A DNA stretch of 64,000 nt, taken from NCBI GenBank assembly GCA_050575255.1, contig JBNZDD010013491.1:248001-312000 (forward strand), written 5' to 3'. Source of the stretch: Harriotta raleighana. Lineage: Eukaryota. Shown here piece after piece: positions 13,501 through 25,600 of this stretch. The notes under the pieces are model-generated. The model did no database searches. It was given only the letters and a program-made list of their open reading frames with translations, and had not been told where the DNA came from. The position numbers and the translations under genes are program-made. Positions within the stretch are counted from its first letter, which is position 1, and each line of letters opens with the position of its first letter.

Positions 13501-14495
13501 AAAACCCAAATGACAAAGTTACACGTTTTACATTAGTATTTTCTAAACTGAAATTTTTAGAATAGTGCTTTTTTCCCCACTTACGTGGGAATTTTATAAC
13601 CTACATTTCTGAGCAATAACTTTGTTAATTTTGCAGAATGGATGATGCAGTGGGTTTATTGCAGCTTTATCACATGTTGCACCCAGAGTCTCAGTCAGCA
13701 ATAGAAATCAAGGAACAGCAAGCCAAAGGTGTTGATGCACTAAAGGTACAATATATATATATATATATGCTGTATATATTTTTAATTTCAGCAGCAATAA
13801 ATAATACAAACCAAGTTGTGAAATGTGAGGTAAGACTTGTCACCTAAGGATTAATTTGGATGATATTAAATTGTCCAATTTGCTCTGTGCTTTCTGAAGA
13901 GAATTTTCCTTCTAACGTGTTAAAGTAGGCTATTAATGTGAACAGGCTAAGCTATATGTGGAACAAAAATTGTCCATACAAAATCAGTTTGTCGAAAAAT
14001 TGTTTTGGTTTTCACATTTTGAATCCATAGATCACAATCCCTTCCCGCAAGTCTACTTTTCGTGGAGTTACACAGACAGCAAGGTTATCTGGTACTTTCT
14101 GTTCTCGTACAAACCAAGATAAATGATTGGCAATACGCTATTTGAATCCATACAAGCCCGATCTTCGTACTTTCCCTCTGCAGACCAGAGGCACTGAAGT
14201 AAATTTAATTACTTGCTATTTCACACTAGCTGGTTACAATCCTGCTGGCTCGTGTGATTCAATACCATAAAAGGGAGTGTCTTTATACACAGCCACCACG
14301 TGGCAAGCTTCTGTTATTTACAACTTGAACTTTTTGGTTATGAATAATCACGAATTAAATTAAGCCACAAAAAATAACTTGCTTCTTTTTCTTCCCCAGA
14401 TATTTTCTCGTACAGATTCCAAGAAGGGAAGCTACATTGAATTAGCTTTACAAGTTTATCAGGAAACACAAAATAGTTTTTCCACTGCATCATAA
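4407..14495 (+). CDS. MRPS22: Mitochondrial ribosomal protein S22, whole gene (8 coding exons, 344 aa)
   Basis: join(4407..4533,7220..7383,8284..8448,8702..8845,12009..12092,12534..12679,13637..13745,14400..14495) = 1035 nt, in frame, all introns GT-AG. Peptides [57 protein letters not shown] and YIELALQ are recognisable MRPS22. Confidence 0.96.
4900..5228. mobile_element. Cluster of SINE fragments in both orientations, MRPS22 intron 1
   Basis: Tail pieces at ~4900-4955 (+), ~4965-5030 (-), ~5065-5228 (+). Confidence 0.65.
5972..6200 (-). mobile_element. SINE, 5'-truncated
   Basis: Same family sequence in reverse. Confidence 0.8.
7220..7383 (+). CDS. MRPS22: MRPS22 exon 2
   Basis: ttgtaacag| ...[44 protein letters not shown] |gtaggt. 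Confidence 0.95.
8284..8448 (+). CDS. MRPS22: MRPS22 exon 3
   Basis: ttttccag| [19 protein letters not shown]...[11 protein letters not shown] |gtaagt. Confidence 0.95.
8702..8845 (+). CDS. MRPS22: MRPS22 exon 4
   Basis: tttcaag| [34 protein letters not shown]...ENIS |gtaaag. Confidence 0.95.
9811..9990 (+). repeat. Inverted repeat, arm A (MRPS22 intron 4)
   Basis: Reverse complement of 13315-13496 at about 90% identity by manual alignment. Confidence 0.9.
10213..11456 (+). mobile_element. SINE split by a CR1 insertion (SINE parts 10213-10469 and 11414-11456)
   Basis: Intact A box TAGCTCAGTGG and B box GTTCGAATCC; consensus TTTGAGAC^GTCTAGAAGA is interrupted exactly by the LINE. Confidence 0.85.
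10470..11413 (+). mobile_element. CR1-clade LINE, 5'-truncated and frameshifted (RT C-terminus and 3' UTR)
   Basis: [40 protein letters not shown]..., [12 protein letters not shown]; ends GATGGGCCGAATGGCCTCC...(TTCTATGA)n. Confidence 0.92.
12009..12092 (+). CDS. MRPS22: MRPS22 exon 5
   Basis: tttcag| [28 protein letters not shown] |gtgagt. Confidence 0.95.
12534..12679 (+). CDS. MRPS22: MRPS22 exon 6
   Basis: taatcag| [48 protein letters not shown] |gtaagt; read directly, absent from the ORF track. Confidence 0.95.
13315..13496 (-). repeat. Inverted repeat, arm B (MRPS22 intron 6)
   Basis: Reverse complement of 9811-9990. Confidence 0.9.
13637..13745 (+). CDS. MRPS22: MRPS22 exon 7
   Basis: tttgcag| [20 protein letters not shown]...DALK |gtacaa. 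Confidence 0.93.
14400..14495 (+). CDS. MRPS22: MRPS22 exon 8 (last coding exon)
   Basis: cttccccag| [31 protein letters not shown] (TAA at 14493-14495). Confidence 0.93.
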   Translation: MFSRTDSKKGSYIELALQVYQETQNSFSTAS

Positions 14496-14556
14496 ATGGA
14501 TATGAATAACACAATCCTTCTGTTTTGTTTTCTCTAGCAGCATGAAAATTGAATGT

Positions 14557-14608
14557 AATAAAATAAAATTTTATATTTATTTGCATCCCAATTGCTTTTT
14601 TGAATAAA
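14557..14608 (+). terminator. MRPS22 polyadenylation signals
   Basis: AATAAA at 14557, 14562 and 14603, 60-110 nt after the stop codon. Confidence 0.6.
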
Positions 14609-14834
14609 CATCACACTTCCATTAAGCATTGACATAACCTGAAAAGAGGGGATATAATCTTTTCTGTGGACTTTGGCAAATCATTCATTTTGTAACTTAA
14701 TTCATAAAACAATTGAGAATTTTATGAGATGTAGGTTTGAATTTTCAGACACAGAACAATTTAGAAAGGGGTGTTCTCTATCCAGTATGGTACATGGATA
14801 AACAATGACTTGTATTTAATATGGTTAAATTTAA

Positions 14835-15430
14835 TGCTCCCCCACATCCAAGAAATGACTCTGCCTTTCCCCATCTCTCATCCACACCTTCATTACATGC
14901 CGACTCGATTATGCAAACATCCTGCTAGTCGGTCATCCCAATTCCTAGCTCCACAAACTGCAGATAATCCAGAACTCTGCAGCCCACATCCTCTACCGTT
15001 CCAAACTCCGTGACCACCCCCATCTCCCCTATGCTTGCCCGTATCCACTGGCTCCCCATTATCCAGAGGATCCAATTCAAGATCCTGGTCATTTAAAGCC
15101 CTCCACAGCCTTACTGCATCCTACATCCGTGACCTCCTTTCCCTTTACCAACCCCTTATCCCTCCACGTTCCCTGACATACCAGCCCCACCATTGGCAAG
15201 CGAGCCTTCAGCCACTCTGCCCTCAACCTCTGGAACTCCATCCCAGTCCCTCCGCCTCACCCCCTCCCTGATCTCCTTCAAGTCTCGCTTCAAGACTCCT
15301 CTTCGATGGACCCTTCAGCAAGTCCTAATTCCCCTCTTCCCTCCACCCCCGTCCTCAGCTCGAGTCTGAAACAACGTCTTCGGATGTCCTCTTGAATTGA
15401 GAAGCGCTATAAAAATGCAATTGTGTTGTT
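14835..15430 (+). mobile_element. L2-clade LINE 3' fragment between the MRPS22 and COPB2 3' ends
   Basis: Degenerate ITCRLDYANILL, KLQIIQNSAAHIL, IHWLP, IQFKILV motifs; tail AAGCGCTATAAAAATGCAA(TTG)n. Confidence 0.85.
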
Positions 15431-15519
15431 GCCCTTTACACAGAACAACATCACTATATGGACTGTACTAAATGGAACCTGATAGGTTTTGAAATCACTT
15501 TATTTGTGGTTATATCAGA

Positions 15520-15835
15520 AATAACTTCTCAAAGTGCTTCAGAGGTAAGTACTGTCTAGAAGGTGGAGTCAAACGGCAACAATTTACAAAAGCAAAGTCC
15601 CACATATAGCTAGGTCAAAAGATGGATTAATCTGGAGCGTTGGTGGTCAGTAAAAAAAATCCCTTTTCTTAAATATAACCTGTTTAACCTCTATCTAAAC
15701 AGGCAGATTAATTTTGATTTAACATCTCACCCTGAAGCCTGCAGCCTTCCACCAGTACTGAATTAGAATTGACTATGAATTTAAGACTAAACTTGGGGCT
15801 TAACACATAACCTTTTGTCTCCTTTTGAGCAGTTG
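15520..15835 (-). mobile_element. Degenerate Deu-type SINE
   Basis: AAAGTCCCACA...CAGGCAGA...TTTAACATCTCA...CAGTACTG resembles the shark DeuSINE body as I recall it. Confidence 0.45.
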
Positions 15836-15952
15836 CAGCAATGACACAACTCTTTTTTTTGACAATTGCTAGAAACAATCTAGCTCTTACGGAAGTGTAA
15901 TGTGATCCATTAGAAAATAAATAAGCCTTAAATTAAAACCACACTAATTTCA

Positions 15953-16257
15953 TTTATTTTTGAAGACTTAATGCTATGAGACGCAATAAAAGACCAATGC
16001 ATTTTGAGACTTGATTCATATGAAATGGATCAATTGGGCCATTGCATTCCTTGTACCTCAAGAATGGTCTTATTTGTCTGGGAGGAAAAAAAAAACAGCT
16101 GCATAGCTTATCCATTCACCTGTGTCGAGGACAACTGGCACAGCCACAGTAATGAAAATTGTAATCAATTTTATTTGGGAGTTAATACAGCACAATAATA
16201 GCAGCAACTCTGTTCAGTTATGCAACAGCAATCCCGCTAAGTACTTTACAGTTTATT
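15953..16257 (-). terminator. Candidate COPB2 polyadenylation signals
   Basis: minus-strand AATAAA (plus-strand TTTATT) at 16252, 16170 and 15953; which is used cannot be determined. Confidence 0.45.
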
Positions 16258-16350
16258 TTTACACGAGACATGCTGTTTGTTGATGTGGCCTGCTGGCTAG
16301 GTAACCATTTGTGTATGATATAAATCACTTCAAAATCCCATTAACTTGGC

Positions 16351-16410
16351 TATTCAGCCTTTTAACATTTTAGATCTATCTATTCAGCCTTTTAACATTT
16401 TAGATCTATC
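16351..16410. repeat. Exact 30-bp tandem duplication in the COPB2 3' UTR
   Basis: TATTCAGCCTTTTAACATTTTAGATCTATC x2. Confidence 0.95.
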
Positions 16411-16524
16411 TATCCATGAAGTTGAAAGATTTGTCAAATCTCACTTATTATGAGGAAAGGCTGGACAGTACACAGTTATTCATTCAGTAAGAAATTTGGT
16501 CACTTATGTAAAATGCTTGTCATC

Positions 16525-16620
16525 TCAGTCATCCAAAAACTCTTCATCCAAATTAACATCAGAAGTGTCGATGTCATCCAGCTCCAAGTTATCCAAGTCA
16601 TCGTCAAGATCATTCAGAAT
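16525..16620 (-). CDS. COPB2: COPB2 exon 22 (last coding exon)
   Basis: [31 protein letters not shown] (TGA). Confidence 0.95.
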   Translation of the reverse strand: MLNDLDDDLDNLELDDIDTSDVNLDEEFLDD

Positions 16621-19600
16621 CTATGAACAAAAGCAAACACATTGTCAGGTGATCAGCCTAGTTTCTGAAGCATCTTCTGAGATATTTTCATGCAAAGTAA
16701 GCATTTAAAAGCTTTCTATATAAACAGCTATTCGTGTGGTTAAAAGAAAGTCACAGCCAAGCAACTTGATCAAGTTCAACATTAACTTTGTTTATGGATA
16801 TGCTTGACATTGCACATACACAATTGCTAACATTTTTGCAAGCATTTCCCCCATTCTCCAGTTGCATCACATTAAATGAATTAAACATTGCCATTCACTC
16901 CCTTTTTAACAAAGAAAAAGAAAAGATTTCTGTAGAATGCACAGCATGAAAACAGGTTCAGAAGTTGCTGGGGAAACTCAGCAGGTCAGGCAGCATCCTT
17001 GGAGAAAGGAAAGCAAGTCAACGTTTCGGGTAACTCTTCATTAGAACTGGAACCATTCTGAACTGGACCTGAAACATTGACTCACTTTCCTTTCTCCATG
17101 GATGCTGCCTGACCTGATGAGTTTCCCCAGCAACTTCTGTTTTTGTTTCAGATTCCCAGCATCTGTAGTATTTTATGTTTTGTTTATGAAAACAGGTTAT
17201 ATGACATAACTAGTCCATGCCAGTGTTCGTACATAAATTTAAGGCTAATTCTTTCTGCTCAAATAAATGATGTACATGATTTTGTAAAGCTGGTTACCTT
17301 CTCTTTGATCAGAACATCCAGTTCCTCTGGCTCAGTTGGCACAGGCACAGAAACTGCTGCCTCCGCTTGTGAGACCGTATCTGCCACTGATAGGGCGGCC
17401 TCAGGCACAACCGATCCCAGTCCCTCAACAACTTGCTCAGTAGGTTTCTAGTTGTGGGGAAAATATAATTAGTCTTTCTGAATGTTTTCAATCGTTTTAT
17501 AACTATGACGAGAACTACTTTATGTTAGGAAGAATGATATCCAAAACAGAGGTCCAGCACCCNGTCGTTTTATAACTATGACTAGTATTTCTATAGATAT
17601 TTGGAAATTAATAACTACTTTATGTTAGGAAGAATGATATCCAAAACAGAGGTCCAGCACCCGATCACTCTTGAAAGCATTCACATCCTCAAAACTTTTG
17701 CCTACATTTGTTATGTCGCCATACTGAAGGCCTTCCACTAGAGGCCCCCCTCACTACATGCTAAACAGTTCTCTAGTGGTAGGAAACAAATACTACAGCA
17801 GTTCAATTTGCACAATCGTTATTGATTCCAAACTCAGTTTCACATAAACTGAGGCTTTTGATTGTTTTCAAACCAGTAAATATGAGTGTTCTGAATGGAT
17901 AATACAAAAAACTCGGTTGTGTTTAATATCCACTTACCTGTACTGATTCTCCCAATTGAGATGGTACGTAATTTTTTGATTCCTCAAGAACATTTCTTTC
18001 TTCATTTGGCTTGAGAAAATTAAAAGATTGGTGTTAAAATTGCCACTTGTTAAATCTGAACCAAATACATACAGCATTTGCATACTGCAGAGAGTTACTT
18101 ACAGTGATGAGGGGGTAATCTCTGGCAGGCCGGAGATTAGTGTTGCTTGTTTCCTTGAGGTATGTCTCAGCTGCAAATGCCTCTTTTAGGCCTGGGAATA
18201 AGTTTTCATATTCTGTGGGATCAGCTAGGGACTCGGCTGCTTTCTGATTTATTTTAGATAGATTTTCTCTCCACAATTTCACAACCCTGCAGGAAAGATG
18301 AAACATCAGCCAAGTTTAAACAAGTACGTTCTCACTCACCCTCTCACATACGTACACAAAATAACATGCTCTGTGGAAGTATTTTTCTTAATGATTCACT
18401 GAAATAATACCTGGAGATCTCACTTGGGAGATAGGTTCTTGCAAAAAAGGCAGCTTCTGGTAGGCGTCCTGTTTTAATCAACAGTTCCAGACAATTGTCA
18501 AGTCTATGAGGCAAAAACAATTACAAAATAATTAGAAGTTTGAACCGAAAACCTAAAACATAAATAATCCTTATTAAAATCCAGCCACTAAAGAATAATT
18601 TATCACTTCATCAGTTTATTTGACCAAACAAATGGCAAGAAAATCCAATGCTGAGGATCACCTTGAAAATATTTCTTCTATGTTCACTATTACAAGTAAC
18701 ATGTTGATTACACTGCATAAATATTATATATGTCATTATCTTTATGTTCTCATTTCTGCAAACAGTGCCCTGAATACACACAAAACTCAAATTGTTGCAG
18801 TGATTGATTGGTTAGAAGGTTGGGTATTTGCATGTAAAGTTGAAGCAGTAGCTGTACTTACTTTCCTTGCATGAAGTAAGTCATGAAGGCCACGTTGTTC
18901 TTGCCATCCTTTTCCACTACTTCAGCCAATTTGTCAACCATTGCAGCATTGCCAGAGGCAGTGGCCAGTAATAATAATCCACCGTAATCCTGCGCATGGT
19001 GCAAACACTCCTGAGCCAGGGCAAACTGGCACTTACTGATGGCAAGCTCTGCTAGTTGCTTCCATTTCTGCTCAGACTGTGGGGCAAAAACAAAGCAATG
19101 TTTTCAGCAGTGAGGCAAGCCACAAAGCCCCTCCTTTGTTCTCTGGGTGCTGAATGTTTCCCTAAATTTATACGGGTAGACCCCGCTTAACGAACGTCCG
19201 GTCAACGAATGTTCGCTAAAACGAAGGTTTGTATTTGTGCCACTTCTCTGCTTAACGAAGGCTGTGTTCGCTATAACGAATGTTTACACACACTTTAAAT
19301 CTTTCGGGCTTCTCGTGGGCAGCTTCTCAGGTGGCCAACATCATCAAATAAACCGTACCAAGTAGGTCATCTGACTATTCAAAGCCTGTTGATTCACCAG
19401 GCTCTGGAGGCCTCCATCCTACTCCTCACCTCATCTTCCCTGAATGGGAACTTTCACTCAGTAATGGTAAGTGTTACAAATTTAACACCATTAAATAATG
19501 AAAATGAGCATTTTCATACTTTATCACAATATTTTTATTTATAGTTGTGTAGCCTTCCATAACAGTTATATCTGTTAATGTTGTTTGCTTAGGCCTTTGC

Positions 19601-22600
19601 TAGAACACCAAAAATGTTAGTGCTAGAAATCAAACTGATTTTTTCCATGGGAAACTACCTCTTGCTTAATGAATTTTCGCATAACAAAGGGTTTTAAAGT
19701 CTCTAACCCCTTCGTTAAGTGGGGGACACCTGTATTCTGTAAAACCAAAATGAAGACGGCTGTCAATTTCTCATCCAACCACAGGTTGGTGTAATGCGTC
19801 AATACATTGCAGTTCAGCCTCAGCTGAAAATGAAACAGTTTTTTTTCAAGTTTTTTTTAAATTAAATGAATCCCAATGTGATTTGGAGGTGATTATCTGA
19901 AAATTTTGATGATGAAGTTGACATTAATCCAAGTTAATTTAATTCAGCACAGCTCCATTGAAAGATGCAAATTTAAAGAAATGGAATCTTCTTGTTGAAC
20001 TTCATCATCTAACATAGCAGTTAGTTTTCAGATGAGATGTTACATCAATACCTCAGCTTCCACAGCGAGTTGATAGGCAATCTTCAGTTCTCCCAGTTGT
20101 AGTGCAAGTTCAAAGCGATGTTCTGGATCCGTAGAGACTGCAAGTGCCTGTGATTTGAAGCCCTGTGTGGAGAGAGAAAATATTGTTAGTAACCTTATAT
20201 TAAAAAATGTTTATTTCTTTCACTTAGTGGGCAGAATAATGTAAATACAAATAAAACATTTCATTTATTTTGGACCACAAGGTATGTATTTAATAAATAA
20301 GCTAAAAGATGTTTGTGAGAACCTGATTATTTGTCTTGCCCAATAATAACAATAAGACCCATTTAACTCACTTAGGCCTCCGATGCTAAGCAATTTAGAT
20401 TCCACAATACTGCAGTACACAATCCACTCACTGAATCCTTCATTTCAGAATGATTTAAACATGGTACATCTAAAAGTTATGGACTGCTGGAAAAACATCT
20501 TATTCATATGTAGCCAGTAGCAGCAGGGGTGTTAGAACACAAGTATTGATTAACAATCAATCTTAATAATATTAAGGTTATGATAAACTTGCGTATTTTG
20601 CTTAACTTATGTCTGTGGAATGCAGTTGGAATAAAGACTTTTTTTAAAGTGTTGCAGTTCACACTATTATCTCACCTGTTTTTCGAGAAAATGCGCTACC
20701 CTGGTCCGCTGCTCTTTTGGAATTGTGGGAAGAACTTTGTCAGCCATACCAAAGTCCCTCCTCATGACTGCAGTCTGATACTCGAGCACAGAGACGAGCA
20801 GGGAATAACTCACAATGTTCAGCTCTTTGTCTCCCAAGTATAAACGGTTATCCTTTGGGATATAACCCAAGAGGTACATTGTCCTGAAAAGAAAAACTTT
20901 GATTAATTCTGTTGTTTTAATATCAATTCCTTGATTCAAAATAGCAGCAGAAAATTAGTAAACAAACTAGAGATCAGTCTTCCCATGGTAACTCTTATTT
21001 TTTGTGCTTATCTTTCAGGTTTAACAGCTTTTAATTTCAAAACAAATACTTGCATTTGAAATAAATGGAATCAGCATGTGAGGTACACAGAAATGCACTG
21101 ATTCATTTTCCATGTATAAATTAAATACTAGAATATTAATCTCTCTAAAACCAAAATGTCCACTCACCTATCAAGGTGAGCAATGGTTACGATTTCTCCA
21201 CCAACATAGTAGTTAAGCCTGTTCACAGAACTGGTGTAGATAAAGCAGTCTCCTACCCACAATCCAGTCTTCACAATCTCCTGAATTTCACCAAGAACCT
21301 GAGAAGATGGTCAACCAAATTCAATGATTCTAGTATATATCTGAACCAACTAAGGATCCAATACCGCTACATATCTGGACAGCCTTGGAGACAGGATTAA
21401 ATTGTGTACAATACAATCAGTCAATTATACTTCAATTGCACAGAATCCAGTCAAGTGCATTTTAAAGTATATGATTTAGCCATTTTAATTGAGAATCGTT
21501 TCCAATGGTTCATCTGCTTTTGAGAAAAGTTCTCCTGTAGAGCTACATGGAATTTCAAAACTTACCTCAAAAGCATCTTCAATACCATCCTCTGTAACTC
21601 CCTCGTGCGTTTCCTGTGCTGTAGCCACCTTCTCAGAAAGATATTTCAAGATGAAGAAGGAGTCTTCTGTGGCAATACAGACCAGCTCACCAGAATCGGA
21701 CCAGAATATCTGATGGAAGAAACAGGCATGATAATGTTATCCGATGGTTTGGCAATTATTTTTGTCGGGCTTTGACATTGATGTAATGAGACATGATAGG
21801 CATTCCATACTTCACTTCTCCTCTAATTCAACGTTTCTTTCTCTTTACCGTAGATCAAAACATATTCATCAAGAAAGCAAACACTTCAGCAATATACCTA
21901 TACAAATGAAAATCTACATAATGTAATGAGCATTGAATGGAATTTGTTGCAAAAGGAATATAAATGCATGCCAGGTAACTATTAGCATAAGATGAAATGA
22001 ACTAACCCAGTAAGGTAGGATTTTAAAATAATTTTTATGAACATAAAGGTCCACAGCAGACTTAATATAAAATTGCAAAAAAATAAATAATTGGGATTTT
22101 TTAAAAATAAAAATGATGCACACTTACATATTTGGGTTGGATTTCAATTCTGCGAATGAGTTCAGTGGTATCCCAGTCATAAAATGCCAAGCCATTGACT
22201 GACCTGACACCCAGAAGGAATCCCCCATAGATACCTATGAAGAATAATCTTTTCAGTTATGATCTATATCTATATTCAATAAAAATAGAATAGCAAAAGA
22301 AACCTTGTTCTAATAACAAATTACCTAATTTTCAGTTAAAAAAAATTACCTACTTAAATTAAGCTTAATTAGGCAAACTGATCTTCAAATATTTAATTGA
22401 TACCAACACAAATGACAGATGAATTGTTTTGGTCTAACTACAACTTCTTACCTTCTGCTCCAAAATCAGGCTTGAAGGATTTCTTTTCTTTGAAATTCTT
22501 GAAAATTTTTACCACGCTGTTACTTTCCCTTATTGAGTACCTGCAGAAAGAGGGACAAACCCCTTGGTTATTAAGCAGTTCCCCGGTCTTGTAACCACTT

Positions 22601-25600
22601 TTCTTGCCAATGTTTCTTCCCCGTCTTCCAAAGGTACTTTGATATCTTGCAGTATAGTTCCACAGCCACCATTTGGTGTCTCACTCAATTATGGTCACTC
22701 TTCCTGTCTTAAGACAGTGAGTATCAAGGCTAAATAACAATGGAGGCATCCAAATCTATCCTCACACCAGACATTGGTAAACATGCACTTTCTAGCAGAG
22801 GTTACCAGAAATCAGGTTGATTCATCCCCTCTCAAACTCAGACACTGACTGGGACCACTAGTAAGGTCCACAGACATGATGAAACATTTCAACTCGATTT
22901 CTACTTACTCAGATGAATCATGTGCCCACACAAATTCCTGTGCAGATCCAAAGCTCTTGTTTCTCAAAGCCATTGCAGTGTAGATAATGTATTCCCCATC
23001 ACCGCAGACAACAACAAACCTAAGTAACAAGCCCAAAACAGACATTGTAAATGCGAACTGTACATTTTTAATAGAGAAAATTACAACTGGAAATGTATTC
23101 AAGTGTGAGCTTTAACTGTGTAAGCAAATACTTGAGTACCGCAAGATCACAAACAAGTTAGATACTGAAAAATGTATCTTTTTTCAGAAGCATGTACCTA
23201 CAATAGGGGGTTCCCTGAATTAGATATAGGAACTGTGGCTGAGGTTTCTGTCCCTTACCTAGGGTGCTGGGCCAAGCTAGTCTAGCTCATTTGTTTACTC
23301 AGGACAAAAACAAAGATCAAACATGGGACCTTAACATTTTTCAAATACAGTAAAACCTTGTTTATCCGCCACCCACGGGACCTGGCCAGTGGCAGTTAAA
23401 CGGATTTCTGGTTGAACAGGTTTTTTTTTAATTTAAAAAAAAGATATTCTATTAGTACATTGTTATTTATAATTAACTTAGCAATCGCAGCACTGATTCG
23501 ATGGAGGTAAAAAACGCAACTTTTAAAAGGAGCAACAGCAACTTTAGATCTGACTAGCGGCCAACACACACATAGACACACACACAGACAGACAGACACA
23601 CACTCTCAAAGATATTCAACCTGAATCCATCATATAAATTCTGTCCACAACCCCACCCCGCTTCCTTTCCTCTCTCTCCCTTCCTCTCTCCTGCATCAAC
23701 CTGCCTGCATCACTCTCTCTCTCTCGCTCCATTATGCTTTCCCCCATCTCTCGCTCCATTATGCTTTCCCCCATCTCTCCATTTCCCCACCACCTCTCTT
23801 TCTCTGTCTTTCCTTCCCCAACCCCTCTTTCCCTCTCTCACCGTTTCCTTCATTTCTCTATTGCCCCACCCCGCTCCCTCCCTCTCTCTCTGGCCGCTAC
23901 CTGCAGCAGTATTTATTATGTGTACAGTACATAACTTCGCAACGGCAGACACTCATCCGAACGAGGTAGAAAAAAACCCGACTTTTAAAAGGAGCAGGAA
24001 CGAGTTTAGACGCGACATTAAATGCATCATCACCATTCGCCGGATAACTTCCGGTTAATCGAATCGGGACTTTTTTGAGATGGCGATTGAACGGGTTTTC
24101 CAATTATTCGAGTCACGGATAAACAAGATTTTACTGTACATTGACAAAATGAGGGAAGTGAAGATGATACCTTCCATTAGGATTATGCTGGATAGTCTGT
24201 GGATAGATTTCACAACTGCCCATGTCTTTTACTGCGAGGGGAAGTCTTTCACCATCCTTTATTTCAGTGTCACCCATTGCTTTAAGGTTGGCCTGCTGGA
24301 TTTCTGAATGTTTGGCCCAAATAATTTTACCGTTGGAATCCATAGACATGGCTGGTTCCTCACGACCAAGCTGAAAATAAGTACAAAGAAAAAAAAATAT
24401 CAAATGCTTATTTCTCACTTGGAAACAATGCAGAATGCTATCTCATTAAATCTCAAGAATCTAAAACATTTAACTTGGATGAAGATGGGGAACTTGGTAA
24501 AAACTGGGTAAAAGCTCTCCTGAAATATATATAAATACTGTCAGAGATGCTCTTGTACACATCAGAAAAGGGTTAGCTTCACTAGGATTACTAGAATACC
24601 GATGTTCCTTTGTTGAAACGGAAGGCAAAAATAGACCCCCATTTTGAAATATTGCTTTTGAAAGCCACAAAGGTAACCCAAAGGCAAACACAACATATGA
24701 AAGCCACAGAGGAGGCAATTTTTATCAGAACACCTTCACAATTTTGCATATTCATTTATCAGTTGGTTGTATTTATAGAATAGTTAGCAGATGGAATAAC
24801 TCTGTCGCTGTGCAGCTTGTGATTATAATCAAGAGACCAAAATTATAGTGCTGATAGAACTTAAAATCCACCAAAAGAATTTATATAGAAGCACTTAAAG
24901 AAATCATTCAGTCAATTTACGGCCTATCCAAACTGAAGCATTTTTATTCACTACCTTAATTATGATGCTGCCTTCGTCATAGCCTAGAGCCACATTGTTG
25001 GAGCCCCTTAGACTTGCAACACACCAGACTCGTTCCATCCCATAATTCAATGTGCTCTCTAGACGATAAGTACTCGAATGCCATATGCGGACAGTGCCTT
25101 CACAGAATAAAGTACAGGCCAGTTACATTCAGTGATAAAGAATTATCATTATCTAAGGAATTTCAGTGCCACATCTCTAGTCTATACAACAGTCAGAGCT
25201 TGAAATTTCTCCTTTCAAAGTACACAGAAATATTTTCAGTTAAAAAAAATAATTGCCTACTTAGATTAATCTTAATTAGGATGTTCAGTTAAATTACATA
25301 ATGTTAAGTTAGTTTGCAATGTTTATTGACATATGACCAATACCCATGTTAACATTTGGGAAACATATAATAATAATCCTTGCATTTGATATAGCGCTTT
25401 TCACATCTTATCAACGTCCCAAAGCGCTTCACAGAATATACTGTAAAGTGAATTGACTGTATATTTGTGGGCAGAACGCGGCAGCCAATTGCGCACAACA
25501 GTGTCCCACAAACAGTCATGGATTGAAATAACCAATTTTATTATTGTGGTTTTTTTGGAGGGATTATTATTAGGCATGTGGAGTAAGGAAACTTGCCCAA

